Assembly: GCA_016699555.1 (NCBI GenBank)
Contig: CP064981.1
Span: 155,456 to 219,455, forward strand
Reading direction: 5' to 3'
DNA length: 64,000 bases
From: Candidatus Iainarchaeum sp.
GTDB taxonomy: Archaea > Iainarchaeota > Iainarchaeia > Iainarchaeales > VGJJ01
Each line of letters starts with the position of its first letter. Within the stretch, counting starts at the first letter, position 1. Both the position numbers and the translations under genes were made by a program. The notes below the pieces were generated by a model. The model ran no database searches and had not been told where the DNA came from. It was given only the letters and a program-made list of their open reading frames with translations. This document shows positions 46,901-56,373 of the stretch, piece after piece.

Positions 46901-47491
46901 ATGCTCCTCTCCGACCGTGACTTGAAAGAAATGGTGGCCCAGGGAGCCGTCTATGTCCCGACGGAAAAAAATCCCATTGATTTGGAATTACAACTAGGCC
47001 CTTCCTCGATTGATTTGCGCTTGGCTCCAGAAGTCTTGTTGTTTGATAATCATGCGATGCGCATCATCGACTTGAGCGAGAAAATACCTCCACGCATGCG
47101 ACGCGTGATGATTGACGAAAAAGAAGGGTTTGTCTTGCACCCTGGAGAGTTTGTATTAGGAAGCACTCTTGAAGCCGTTAAAGTCCCCACTGACTTAGTG
47201 GCACGCCTAGAAGGGCGTTCTTCGTTAGGAAGATTAGGACTCATCATTCACGCTACCGCGGGCTTCATCGACCCCGGTTTTGAGGGACAGATTACCCTTG
47301 AAATGCAGAATATCGGCAACCAACCCCTCCTTTTGAGGCCCTACCAACGCGTTTGCCAGCTGTGCTTCTACAAGATGACCTCTCCGGCGGATACGCCCTA
47401 TAACAAGAAGAAAGACACCAAATACCACGGACAATTCGGTCCCGTTGCCTCGCGGTTGGCCCAAGAACAGCGAAGAATGGGCGAAAACTAG
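46901..47491 (+). CDS. dcd: dCTP deaminase
   Basis: MLLSDRDLKEMV...VPTDLVARLEGRSSLGRLGLIIHATAGFIDPGFEGQITLEM. The track start is TTG; ATGs at 46892 and 46901. Confidence 0.85.
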   Translation: MLLSDRDLKEMVAQGAVYVPTEKNPIDLELQLGPSSIDLRLAPEVLLFDNHAMRIIDLSEKIPPRMRRVMIDEKEGFVLHPGEFVLGSTLEAVKVPTDLVARLEGRSSLGRLGLIIHATAGFIDPGFEGQITLEMQNIGNQPLLLRPYQRVCQLCFYKMTSPADTPYNKKKDTKYHGQFGPVASRLAQEQRRMGEN

Positions 47492-47649
47492 GCATTCTTC
47501 CTTTTTTCCCTCCCAAGAGGGCGATTTTTAACCCTTTTCCAGGCCTCTTTATTCTATAACGGTGCCGCCGGGCCCAAACCTTTTTGCGAGCAAAAAGCTC
47601 TACCAAAAAGCGTTCTGGCTGTACTGCTTGTTACGGGAAATTGATACGT

Positions 47650-49416
47650 ATGACCAAAGCCATTCGAACCCCCATTATCGCGGTAGTGGGCCATGTCGAC
47701 GCTGGAAAGACTTCGCTCTTGGATAGGGTCCGCTCCACGAATGTCGTGGAAAAAGAGGCCGGGCGCATCACGCAGCACATTGGCGCAACCGAGATTCCCA
47801 TTTCACTCGTACAACAAATCGCCGGTCCTTTAATCCATAAATTCGGATTCAGCCTCAATAGTCCTGGCCTTTTATTCATCGACACCCCTGGACATGAAGC
47901 ATTCACCAACTTGCGCGAGCGCGGAAGCAGCATTGCGGATCTGGCCGTGCTCGTAGTGGATGTCAACAAAGGATTGCAAGCCCAAACCAAGGAAGCCATT
48001 ACCATTTTGCGCAACTACAAAGTCCCATTCGCGATTGCGCTGACGAAACTCGATCTTGTGGATGGGTACGAATCCAAATCCGGTTCTTTCCTGCAAAACC
48101 TTTCCCAGCAAACCGAAAAAGCGAAAGCCAAATTGGACGAACGACTCTACACGATCGTCGGACAAGTCTTCGAAACCGGATTCCAGAGCGAACGCTTCGA
48201 CCGCGTGAAGGATCCGACGAAAGAAATCGCCATGATCCCCATTTCCTCTCACACCGGGGAAGGGATGCCGGAGCTGTTGATGTTCCTGGCTGGATTGGCC
48301 CAAAAGTTCCTCGAACAGAAACTCAATTTTGCCGTTGAAGGACCGGCAAAAGGCACCGTACTTGAAGTCCGCGACGAACGCGGATTCGGAAAGACAATTG
48401 ATGTGATTTTGTACGATGGAAGCTTGGAAACGGGCGACACCATCGTGCTCGCAGGAAAGAATGGCGTGATCCGAACCAAAGTGCGTGCGTTGTTGCGACC
48501 TAACACGATGACCGACATCCGCGTCGCGGAAAAATTCGTTTCCATGAAAGAAGCGCACGCCGCCACGGGGATCAAAATCGCAGCTCCTGGATTAGACGAC
48601 GCGATCGCGGGCAGTCCCATTCTGGAAGAGAAAACGGGCAATGAATCCGCGCTCATCCAGAACGAAGTCAACCGCATCAAGATCGAATCCGATGCCATTG
48701 GAATCATCGTGAAAGCGGACACGCTTGGAAGCCTGGAAGCGCTTATCCAACTCCTCCAATCCCGCCAAATCAAGATCAAGCGCGCGGACGTAGGAGAAAT
48801 TACGCGCCGCGATGTGCTGGAAGCGGCTGCGCTCAAGGCAAAAGACATCTATGCGGGATGCATCCTCGGATTCAACGCACCCATTATTGATGCAGTCAAG
48901 AAAGAAGCGGAAGTGCAGCAGGTTCATATTATTTCAGGCAACATCGTGTATGCATTGACCGAACAATACCAACAATGGGTCAAGCAGACGGAAGAGAACA
49001 AGAACAAAGCCCTCATGGAGAAAGCCATTTTCCCATGCGAATTGCACTTCATGCCCAATCACACGTTCCGCAATACTAAACCAGCAGTCATCGGCGTGCG
49101 CGTCGTGGAAGGGAGGTTGCGCGTGGGTACAGAACTAATGAACAAGCAAGGCGAAGTCATTGGAAAAGTTGCTCAGATCCAACAAGAGAAAGAGAATATC
49201 GATCTCGCCGAAAAGAACGACGAGGTCGCAGTCTCGATTGATGGAGGGAACGTGGGAAGGAATTTGTTCGAAAACGAAACGCTTTACACGAATCCAACCC
49301 CCGGAATGCTGACTCTTCTCAAAAAAATAGAATCAAAGCTCTCGGAAGACGAAAAAGAGCTCTTACAACGTATCACCGCTTTACAGTCATCGCTGACAAA
49401 TATACAGGAGGAATGA
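47650..49416 (+). CDS. infB: Translation initiation factor aIF-2 (IF2/eIF5B homolog)
   Basis: G-domain IIAVVGHVDAGKTSLLD, DTPGHEAF, TKLD; the domain order matches archaeal aIF5B. The track start is TTG; the ATG is at 47650. Confidence 0.9.
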   Translation: MTKAIRTPIIAVVGHVDAGKTSLLDRVRSTNVVEKEAGRITQHIGATEIPISLVQQIAGPLIHKFGFSLNSPGLLFIDTPGHEAFTNLRERGSSIADLAVLVVDVNKGLQAQTKEAITILRNYKVPFAIALTKLDLVDGYESKSGSFLQNLSQQTEKAKAKLDERLYTIVGQVFETGFQSERFDRVKDPTKEIAMIPISSHTGEGMPELLMFLAGLAQKFLEQKLNFAVEGPAKGTVLEVRDERGFGKTIDVILYDGSLETGDTIVLAGKNGVIRTKVRALLRPNTMTDIRVAEKFVSMKEAHAATGIKIAAPGLDDAIAGSPILEEKTGNESALIQNEVNRIKIESDAIGIIVKADTLGSLEALIQLLQSRQIKIKRADVGEITRRDVLEAAALKAKDIYAGCILGFNAPIIDAVKKEAEVQQVHIISGNIVYALTEQYQQWVKQTEENKNKALMEKAIFPCELHFMPNHTFRNTKPAVIGVRVVEGRLRVGTELMNKQGEVIGKVAQIQQEKENIDLAEKNDEVAVSIDGGNVGRNLFENETLYTNPTPGMLTLLKKIESKLSEDEKELLQRITALQSSLTNIQEE

Positions 49417-49420
49417 TGAC

Positions 49421-49819
49421 ATGAATATCGTAATATCCGATCCCAAGACCCGACGCGCATACGCAAAGGCCGTCGAATCCATGCCTTTCCAGGGCAAGAA
49501 ACTGGGAGATGAAGTGGACCTTTCCGAGTTGGGATTGGAAGGCTACAAGGGCGTCCTGACCGGCGGTAGCGACAAGACCGGCACACCCATGATGGCTCGT
49601 TTCCCAGGCACCGCGAGAAAGAAACTCCTCGTATATCCCGGAATCGGCTTCAAGAAAGGAGAAAAAGGCGAACGCAAGAAGCGACCGTTGCGCGGAAACG
49701 TCATTGCGAACGACATCCATCAGCTCAACGTCAAGTTGACGCACTATGGAAATATGGACTTGGAAGCCACTTTAGGCAAGCCCAAGGAAGAAAAGAAAGA
49801 GGAAAAGGCGAAGGCTTAA
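49421..49819 (+). CDS. rps6e: Ribosomal protein S6e
   Basis: MNIVISDPKTRRAYAK...GYKGVLTGGSDKTGTPM...KGEKGERKKRPLRGNVIANDIHQLNV. Confidence 0.85.
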   Translation: MNIVISDPKTRRAYAKAVESMPFQGKKLGDEVDLSELGLEGYKGVLTGGSDKTGTPMMARFPGTARKKLLVYPGIGFKKGEKGERKKRPLRGNVIANDIHQLNVKLTHYGNMDLEATLGKPKEEKKEEKAKA

Positions 49820-49873
49820 AGTGCCTTTCCCTACCTCGAGTCATTATCACTCCCTTTGAGGGAACTCATTCGT

Positions 49874-51262
49874 ATGTCTCCACGCCCCAAGAAAACAAAA
49901 GAAGAGGTCGTCGCCCCTACAACCGAAACAACGGAAGCGACCGCTTCTCCGATTGCGGAAAAGACGACCAAGCCGCGTGCGAAGAAAACAAAGACCGAGA
50001 CCAAGACGGAAACCGAAACAAAGCACGAGAAAGCAACGCCTGCAGAAGCAGCTCATGAATCAAAACACCCCAAGACCCACATCCTACAAGCCGAAATCAA
50101 TATCGGCATGACGGGGCACGTGGATCACGGCAAAACATCTCTTACGAAAGCGCTCACCGGAAAATGGACCGACACGCACTCCGAAGAACTCAAGCGCGGA
50201 ATCTCCATCCGCCTCGGATACGCGGACGCGCTATTCTATGAATATCCCGGCCTCGAAGGAGCGGCAAAATTCGGCTCGCTCAAAGAAAAAGAAGGAAAAC
50301 AAGGGAAGATCTTGCGCAAAGTCTCTTTCATCGATGCGCCTGGACACGAGACACTGATGACGACCATGCTCTCCGGAGCCGCACTGATGGATGGCGCACT
50401 TCTCGTGATCGCGGCGAACGAACCATGCCCCCAACCGCGTACGGCCGAACATCTCATGGCATTGAAAATCGGCAACATCCAGAATGTGATCGTGGTACAG
50501 AATAAAGTGGACCTCGTAACGAAAGAAAATGCGCTCAAGTCCTATAACGAAATCAAGAAGTTCTTGGCGGATTACGGTTACACGAACGCGCCCATCATCC
50601 CCGTCTCGGCAAACTTCAATGCGAACGTGGACGCGCTCATCCAGACCATCCAAGAGCACATTCCCACTCCCAAAGGAGACGTGGAAAAGCCATTCAAGAT
50701 GTATATCTCGCGCAGCTTCGACGTGAACAAGCCCGGAACCGAATTGGACAAGATGCTCGGCGGCGTCCTGGGCGGGAGCATTTCACAAGGGACACTCGTC
50801 AAGGGACAAAAAGTGGAAGTCACTCCCGGGATCGAAGGAAAACCCATCCAAATCGAAATCACTTCCGTGCGCAATGCCGATGGAGAATTGGATCGCGCCA
50901 ACCCACGCGGGCTCATCGCGGCAGGGACGAAACTGGATCCCGGTATCACGTCCATGGATAAGTTCAAGGGACAGATCCTCTGCGCCCCCGGAACATTGCC
51001 TGCGCCGACGGACAAGCTCGCCATCGATTTCTTCGAGCTCGACAGGCTGCTCGGAAACAAACTTCCTTTTCCCCACGTGCACGAACTCATGGTGCTGACG
51101 GTCGGGACGAACACGATCGTAGGAGAGGTCGTCAACGTCAAGAAGAGCCGCATCGATTTGGTGCTCAAAAGCAAGATGACCATCGAGAAAGGACAAAAAA
51201 TCGCCATTTCGCGTAGAGAAACAGCCGCTTGGCGTTTAGCGGGATATGGGATTGCGGTTTAA
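49874..51262 (+). CDS. eif2g: Translation initiation factor 2 gamma subunit (aIF2-gamma) with a ~70-aa K/T/E-rich N-terminal extension
   Basis: INIGMTGHVDHGKTSLTKALTG...DAPGHE..., the zinc-knuckle region, and domains II/III. The track start is TTG; the ATG is at 49874. Confidence 0.9.
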   Translation: MSPRPKKTKEEVVAPTTETTEATASPIAEKTTKPRAKKTKTETKTETETKHEKATPAEAAHESKHPKTHILQAEINIGMTGHVDHGKTSLTKALTGKWTDTHSEELKRGISIRLGYADALFYEYPGLEGAAKFGSLKEKEGKQGKILRKVSFIDAPGHETLMTTMLSGAALMDGALLVIAANEPCPQPRTAEHLMALKIGNIQNVIVVQNKVDLVTKENALKSYNEIKKFLADYGYTNAPIIPVSANFNANVDALIQTIQEHIPTPKGDVEKPFKMYISRSFDVNKPGTELDKMLGGVLGGSISQGTLVKGQKVEVTPGIEGKPIQIEITSVRNADGELDRANPRGLIAAGTKLDPGITSMDKFKGQILCAPGTLPAPTDKLAIDFFELDRLLGNKLPFPHVHELMVLTVGTNTIVGEVVNVKKSRIDLVLKSKMTIEKGQKIAISRRETAAWRLAGYGIAV

Positions 51263-51338
51263 TCCGGGCCCAGCTGCCTAATTGGCTCACAAAGAAAAAG
51301 AAAGGGGATCGGCACCCAGGGCGCCGATCCATTTGATA

Positions 51339-51965
51339 CTAATTGTATGCGACTCCAGCGAAAATGACGCTCGCAAGCACCATCGCCAAAATGATGACGA
51401 CGACGATGAGCAGGACAACCGTCAGAATCCACGCCGCGAGCGCGCGCAATTTACTCACTTTGTTGGCGACCGAAAGGAGCACGACAAAGAGATAAATCGT
51501 GTAGAACGCCCATATAATCGAAATCAAGAATCCGATCAAGGGGACGAATCCTAGGATCCACACGATAATCTGTGCGAACAGGATGGGCCAAATCAATTGG
51601 GATCCCAACCAAAAGTTCTGATCGTATGTTCCTTTTCCCCCTAATAGTGCGGTGACTTTGTAGAAGATCCAATATGAGATCTTGGATCCCACCAATGAAA
51701 CGATGGCGAACACGATCGGGAAGATGATGATGGCCAAGAATCCGAGGCCGGCGATTAACGCAACGACCCCTTCTCCCGCAACGGATGCGATCGCAGAAAC
51801 GATCGATGCGAAGAGCGCAACGACTACACCAAAAATCAATCCGATGATTCCTCCATAGATCAAAAAGGCCTGATCGGCCGCTTTCATGTCGGGCTTCTTG
51901 ACGATGCGCTGCATCGTCTCTTCGGGTTTCAGAATAATCTGAAAGTACTCCATAATGTCTGTCAT
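51339..51965 (-). CDS. Yip1-like multi-pass membrane protein
   Basis: Five hydrophobic helices after a short cytoplasmic N-terminus; topology is similar to the Yip1/DUF1282 family. Confidence 0.45.
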   Translation of the reverse strand: MTDIMEYFQIILKPEETMQRIVKKPDMKAADQAFLIYGGIIGLIFGVVVALFASIVSAIASVAGEGVVALIAGLGFLAIIIFPIVFAIVSLVGSKISYWIFYKVTALLGGKGTYDQNFWLGSQLIWPILFAQIIVWILGFVPLIGFLISIIWAFYTIYLFVVLLSVANKVSKLRALAAWILTVVLLIVVVIILAMVLASVIFAGVAYN

Positions 51966-52043
51966 AATCCAACTCCTCCAATCCTCATGTTGTCCATTCG
52001 AACAAGCTTACAAGGATTTAAACGCCAAGGCTTTATTTGGGTT

Positions 52044-52514
52044 ATGTCCTCTTTCAAATCCATGGCGGTCGCACTCGACACGAACTTTCTATTGGACATG
52101 GTGCGCCTCAAGATAGATATCTTCCAGCAAATCCGAGAAAAGGTGGCCAACCCCTCCTTTGTGGTCCCTCAGCAAGTCAAGAAAGAGCTGGAAGGGATCG
52201 CCAGCCAGAAAGGCAAACAATCGACCGCTGCCAAGGTGGCATTACTCGCGCTTGAAATCTATGGGGTCAGTGTCCTTCCTGGAAAAGCAAAGGGAGGCGA
52301 TGCCGCGCTGGAGCTGCTTTCGCGCAAAGGGGTCATCATCGCTACTTCGGACGCAGGTTTGAAACAAAGCCTTAAAAACGCTCCCCAGGGGGTTTTGATT
52401 ATACGCCAATCTAAGTATGTAGATTGGAATCAAGGCTTTTCGAGCGTGAAAACCCATGTACTTCATCACCAAAATCCGAGACACCATCCGCGTTCCGCCA
52501 ACCAAGTTCTCTAG
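52044..52514 (+). CDS. PIN-domain protein (Fcf1/Utp24-like), in a conserved position upstream of rpoE
   Basis: MAVALDTNFLLDMV...VVPQQVKKELEGIA...VIIATSDAGLKQSL follows the PIN acidic-residue pattern. The 3' end overlaps rpoE by about 59 nt. The start is uncertain (52044 or 52065). Confidence 0.55.
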   Translation: MSSFKSMAVALDTNFLLDMVRLKIDIFQQIREKVANPSFVVPQQVKKELEGIASQKGKQSTAAKVALLALEIYGVSVLPGKAKGGDAALELLSRKGVIIATSDAGLKQSLKNAPQGVLIIRQSKYVDWNQGFSSVKTHVLHHQNPRHHPRSANQVL

Positions 52515-53055
52515 CAACTTGGACAAGTCCATCTTGGATATCTGCCGCGAAGACATGGAAGGGCTGACCGATGCCGAAATAGGCATTGTCGTGGCCGTCA
52601 CGGACGCCCACAAGCTCGGCGAAGGAAAGATCATCCCCGGAGACGCTTCCGCGTATTTCGATTCCGAAATCTCCTTATTGACCTACAAGCCCATCGTCAA
52701 CGAAGTCGTTGAGGGCGCAATCACGGAAGCAACCGAATTCGGTGCTTTCATCAAGACCGGCCCCGTCGAAGGACTCATCCACGTTTCTCAAATCGCAGAC
52801 GACTTCGTCTCCTACGACGCACAGTTGCCTGGATTTGTTGGCCGCGACACCAAAAAGACATTGAAGATCGGCGATCAAGTCGTCGCACGCATCGTGAGCG
52901 TGAGCATGAAGAACACGGTCGCAGACAGTAAGATCGGCCTCACCATGCGCCAGCCTGGTTTAGGCAAGAAAGAATGGGCGAAGCTGAAGACGGTAGTAAA
53001 AACACCCAAATCAGCAAAACCCAAATCAGCCCCTAAAGGAGGAGACGAAGCATGA
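52456..53055 (+). CDS. rpoE: DNA-directed RNA polymerase subunit E' (Rpb7 homolog)
   Basis: MYFITKIRDTIRVPP...GIVVAVTD...S1-like domain GDQVVARIVSVSMKN. Confidence 0.85.
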   Translation: MYFITKIRDTIRVPPTKFSSNLDKSILDICREDMEGLTDAEIGIVVAVTDAHKLGEGKIIPGDASAYFDSEISLLTYKPIVNEVVEGAITEATEFGAFIKTGPVEGLIHVSQIADDFVSYDAQLPGFVGRDTKKTLKIGDQVVARIVSVSMKNTVADSKIGLTMRQPGLGKKEWAKLKTVVKTPKSAKPKSAPKGGDEA

Positions 53056-53243
53056 AGGACAAAGCATGTCGCGTCTGTCACAAGATATCGGAAGACGTCA
53101 AGGTCTGCCCCGCTTGTAACAGTAGTGACTTGACTACGTTCTGGTCCGGTTTCGTCATCTTTGTCAACGCGGAGAAAAGCGCAATCGCCCAGAAAATGGG
53201 CGTAACCGGCATAGGAAAATATGCCGTGCGCATGAGTCGCTAA
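53052..53243 (+). CDS. spt4: Transcription elongation factor Spt4 / RpoE''
   Basis: KACRVCHKISEDVKVCPACNSSDLTTFWSGFVIFVNAEKSAIAQKMG. ATGA overlap with rpoE. Confidence 0.8.
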   Translation: MKDKACRVCHKISEDVKVCPACNSSDLTTFWSGFVIFVNAEKSAIAQKMGVTGIGKYAVRMSR

Positions 53244-53263
53244 AACAAAGGGGGAAATGGATT

Positions 53264-53566
53264 ATGAATATCGAAATCGAAGGAAGACACAAGAACTCGC
53301 TGTTGCAGAGAGAAGAGATCAAGTTCGAAGTACTCAACAGTAACACCACCCCCACGCGAAAAGAAATCCGCGCCAAACTCGCCGCTCAACTCGGAGCAAA
53401 AGAAGACCTCCTCATCGTCGACGAAATCGAACACGAATTCGGAAGCACTGTCGTAACGGGTTTTGCTAAGCTTTATGATTCCCCCGAAGCATTGAAGCAA
53501 TTGGAAGCCGAACACATGGTGCGCAAGCAGACCGGCGAAAAGAAAGCCAAAGCAGAGAAGAAATGA
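53264..53566 (+). CDS. rps24e: Ribosomal protein S24e
   Basis: NSLLQREEIKFEVLNSNTTPTRKEIRAKLAAQLGAKEDLLIVDEI. Confidence 0.9.
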   Translation: MNIEIEGRHKNSLLQREEIKFEVLNSNTTPTRKEIRAKLAAQLGAKEDLLIVDEIEHEFGSTVVTGFAKLYDSPEALKQLEAEHMVRKQTGEKKAKAEKK

Positions 53567-53587
53567 TTGAGTCCAAGGTGATATGAC

Positions 53588-53791
53588 ATGGCCGATGCAA
53601 AAGGAAAACCCGCCGCAAAAGCGGAAAAGAAATTCTCCAAATCCACATTATTCGATTCCAAAGGCGGAAGCTTGCGCAAGAACAAGTCCTGCCCCAAATG
53701 CGGCCCCGGCGTCTACTTAGCCAAGCACGCAACCCGCGAGTCCTGCGGAAACTGCGGCTACACCGAATGGAAAACCAAATCTACGGCTTAA
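53588..53791 (+). CDS. rps27ae: Ribosomal protein S27ae
   Basis: [27 protein letters not shown] is the zinc ribbon. Confidence 0.85.
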   Translation: MADAKGKPAAKAEKKFSKSTLFDSKGGSLRKNKSCPKCGPGVYLAKHATRESCGNCGYTEWKTKSTA

Positions 53792-54312
53792 GCGCCGCGG
53801 CATGGTTCATCCCTTTACTTTTTCTCTCCATTAGCCTGATTTGGGCCCATTTCCAGAAAAAAGAAAAGCAATTCTTCGGAAAGATACCTTCTTTCTCGCG
53901 CGAACAGCTCATCCTCGTCGGTCAAACGCTCCTATTCCTGTTAGTGGTGGGGATCGTCATCGATCGCGTCGCGGTACTGCTCCAGTTCAATGACACACAA
54001 GCCGTGACGGCGACTGCGGCATTTTTCGCCAGCATCCCATTGACTGCGATTGTGTTTTTTGTATTCGGTGCACTTGCAGAAGAAATGTTCTTCCGCGGGG
54101 TACTATTCCACGAAATAGGGAAATGGCCTTCGATCGTGCTGTTTGCGCTTGCGCACGGAGGTTACTTTTCCATCGTCGAAGTGATAGGCGCACTGGCGGC
54201 GGGATACGTTCTCGTGCGCACCCGCGAACGCGCTGCAAGCATCTTTCCGGGCTTCGTCGCCCACGCGCTATATAATCTCGTGGCCGTATTCATCCTCATT
54301 TGGGTTACTTGA
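53767..54312 (+). CDS. CPBP-family intramembrane metalloprotease (CAAX protease/Abi-like)
   Basis: EEMFFRG and FALAHGG motifs within a multi-TM protein. The start is uncertain; it overlaps the S27ae 3' end. Confidence 0.6.
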   Translation: MENQIYGLSAAAWFIPLLFLSISLIWAHFQKKEKQFFGKIPSFSREQLILVGQTLLFLLVVGIVIDRVAVLLQFNDTQAVTATAAFFASIPLTAIVFFVFGALAEEMFFRGVLFHEIGKWPSIVLFALAHGGYFSIVEVIGALAAGYVLVRTRERAASIFPGFVAHALYNLVAVFILIWVT

Positions 54313-54331
54313 TCTGCACGAGGGGCATCGC

Positions 54332-55309
54332 ATGTACGCACTTGGAATCGAATCGACCGCCCACACGTTCGGGATCGGCATCGTGGATGAAAAGTGCAAT
54401 GTTCTCGCCAATTCCAAAGCCGCCTATACGCATCCCGACGCCGGCATCCACCCGCGTCTCGCGGCGGACCATCATCTCCAGCATGGCAACAAGGTATTGG
54501 AGCAAGCGCTTGCGCAAGCAAAACTTTCCATGAAAGACATCGACGTCATCAGTTTTGCACAAGGCCCGGGGTTGGGCCCATGCTTGCGCGTGGGCGCTAT
54601 CACGGCACGCTATCTTTCTTCCAAGTACCACAACCCCTTGCTGGGGGTCAATCACTGCGTCGCGCACGTGGAAATAGGGAAGAAGAAGACTCCCGCGCGC
54701 GATCCCATCGTCGTCTACACCTCGGGCGCGAACACCCAAATCATCGGATTGGAAAACGGAAAATACCGCGTATTCGGGGAGACACTCGACATGGGTGTAG
54801 GAAACGTGCTGGACACTTTCGGAAGGGAACTGGGATTGGGTTTTCCCGCCGGCCCAATCATCGACCAACGCTACTTCCAGGGCAAAAACCTCATCCCATT
54901 GCCGTATTCCGTAAAGGGAATGGATTTGGTCTTCGCCGGTCTGCTCACGGAAGCGGAGAAGAAGATCGGCAAAGCCGATGAGATCGATCTGTGCTACTCG
55001 CTCATGCATACGGCCTTTGCGATGGTCTGTGAAGTCGCCGAACGCGCATTAGCGCATACCGAAAAAAAAGAAATCCTAGTGACGGGCGGGGTCGCGGCAA
55101 GCAAGGCGCTCGCCTCCATGCTCGAGAAACTCTGCGCGGAGAGAGGGGCAAAACTATTCATCGTGCCGCGCGAATATGCGATGGACAATGGGGCCATGAT
55201 CGCATGGCAGGGAATGATCGAGCATCGCGCGGGAAGAAAGCAACCGTTTGCTGAAACGGATGTGGATCAACGCTATCGTACGGATCAAGTCGATGTCTTT
55301 TGGAAATGA
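54332..55309 (+). CDS. kae1: tRNA N6-adenosine threonylcarbamoyltransferase Kae1 (stand-alone, not fused to Bud32)
   Basis: MYALGIESTAHTFGIGIV...HHLQHG...VNHCVAHVEIG...GGVAASKAL. Confidence 0.9.
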   Translation: MYALGIESTAHTFGIGIVDEKCNVLANSKAAYTHPDAGIHPRLAADHHLQHGNKVLEQALAQAKLSMKDIDVISFAQGPGLGPCLRVGAITARYLSSKYHNPLLGVNHCVAHVEIGKKKTPARDPIVVYTSGANTQIIGLENGKYRVFGETLDMGVGNVLDTFGRELGLGFPAGPIIDQRYFQGKNLIPLPYSVKGMDLVFAGLLTEAEKKIGKADEIDLCYSLMHTAFAMVCEVAERALAHTEKKEILVTGGVAASKALASMLEKLCAERGAKLFIVPREYAMDNGAMIAWQGMIEHRAGRKQPFAETDVDQRYRTDQVDVFWK

Positions 55310-55774
55310 TCATTGCGCACGAATCTTTTCCTTGATACGCGATGACTTGAATTTTTCAGGACTGAATGCGTCGAGTCGTATGACTTTGCATTTGAGTTTC
55401 CGCGCCTCTAATTCGCGCACCAACTTTTCCGTGTCCACGTGCTGATCGTAGCCGAGTGCAATTACGCCTGGCTTGATCTCTTCAAGGATGTCGTAGATGG
55501 GGCCTTTATTCCCCAACACCGCTTTGTCGACGACGCGGAGTGCAGCGACCATCTGCAAACGTGTATCTTCGTTGTTGGCTGGAAGCTTTCCTTTGAGTTT
55601 CTGCACCGTCGTGTCGCGCGCAATGCCTACAATCAATTCATTTCCCAATTTTTTTGCGCTGGTGAGATAGTGCAAGTGTCCGGGATGCAAGATGTCGAAC
55701 GTGCCGAACGCCACCACGCGCACATGTTCATGCAACTTCTTGACTAATTTTTTCGTTGATTGTGCTGTTTTCAT
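55310..55774 (-). CDS. ribL: FAD synthase RibL-like cytidylyltransferase (nucleotidyltransferase, GTFDxxHxGH)
   Basis: VVAFGTFDILHPGHLHYLTSAKKLGNELIVGIARDTTVQKLKGKLP...VIALGYDQ. The track N-terminal extension to 55933 looks spurious. Confidence 0.75.
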   Translation of the reverse strand: MKTAQSTKKLVKKLHEHVRVVAFGTFDILHPGHLHYLTSAKKLGNELIVGIARDTTVQKLKGKLPANNEDTRLQMVAALRVVDKAVLGNKGPIYDILEEIKPGVIALGYDQHVDTEKLVRELEARKLKCKVIRLDAFSPEKFKSSRIKEKIRAQ

Positions 55775-55857
55775 GTTAAAACGCATGTAGCAAACATTTA
55801 AATAGCACAATTCATTGCTCGCTTCTAGAAAAAACTTTTCCAATGGAGGAAAAAAAT

Positions 55858-56001
55858 ATGGTAGCAAAAAGACGAACAGCAAAGAGAACAGCCACGCGCT
55901 CAACGGCCCGCCGCCGAACCGCTCGCCGCTCAACCGCTAAGCGCAGCACCGCTCGCCGCTCTACTGCTCGACGCCGCACCAGCCACGCTCGCCGCATGTA
56001 A
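55858..56001 (+). CDS. Small arginine-rich repetitive peptide (47 aa): MVAKRRTAKRTATRSTARRRTARRSTAKRSTARRSTARRRTSHARRM
   Basis: ATG preceded by GGAGGA at 7-8 nt. TATA-like TTTAAATA at about 55793. Below the ORF-track size cut-off. Antisense to the spurious extension of ribL. Confidence 0.4.
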   Translation: MVAKRRTAKRTATRSTARRRTARRSTAKRSTARRSTARRRTSHARRM

Positions 56002-56058
56002 TTTCATTTGAATGCGGCACAGGTGGCCGCAATCCTTTTTTTATTCCCGTTTTTGTGC

Positions 56059-56361
56059 CTATTTCTGCATTCTTCTCGCGACCCTGAAGGGGCGAGTAAA
56101 CCCATACAGGTAAATAGAAATCCCCAGCACGATGACGAATGCCACTACATTCCAAGGGGCCGGGACGACATTAACTTCGGGGTCCAGGTAAATAGCGATA
56201 CTCCCAGCCAAAACGATGGCTAAAATGAGCTCTACGAGCCATAGCAAGGGCATCCGCCAGTCCTTCTTCATCTTCTGGAGCTGGTGACGGATTACTTCCC
56301 CAAATGTAACCGAATTCAACACCTCCCATGTACTAGGGGCCTTTTTGGGGTGCGATTTCAT
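56059..56361 (-). CDS. Small two-TM membrane protein, hypothetical
   Basis: ATG start; two hydrophobic helices. Confidence 0.4.
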   Translation of the reverse strand: MKSHPKKAPSTWEVLNSVTFGEVIRHQLQKMKKDWRMPLLWLVELILAIVLAGSIAIYLDPEVNVVPAPWNVVAFVIVLGISIYLYGFTRPFRVARRMQK

Positions 56362-56373
56362 GTTTCTTTACTC

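Noticed and set aside
55775-55933. N-terminal 53-aa extension of ribL (MSGERFGGGPLSAWLFSLLFVFLLPYFFPP...)
   Set aside because: RibL homologs start at M-K-x..VV.AGTFD. The extension is hydrophobic junk, antisense to the Arg-rich small ORF, which has its own RBS.
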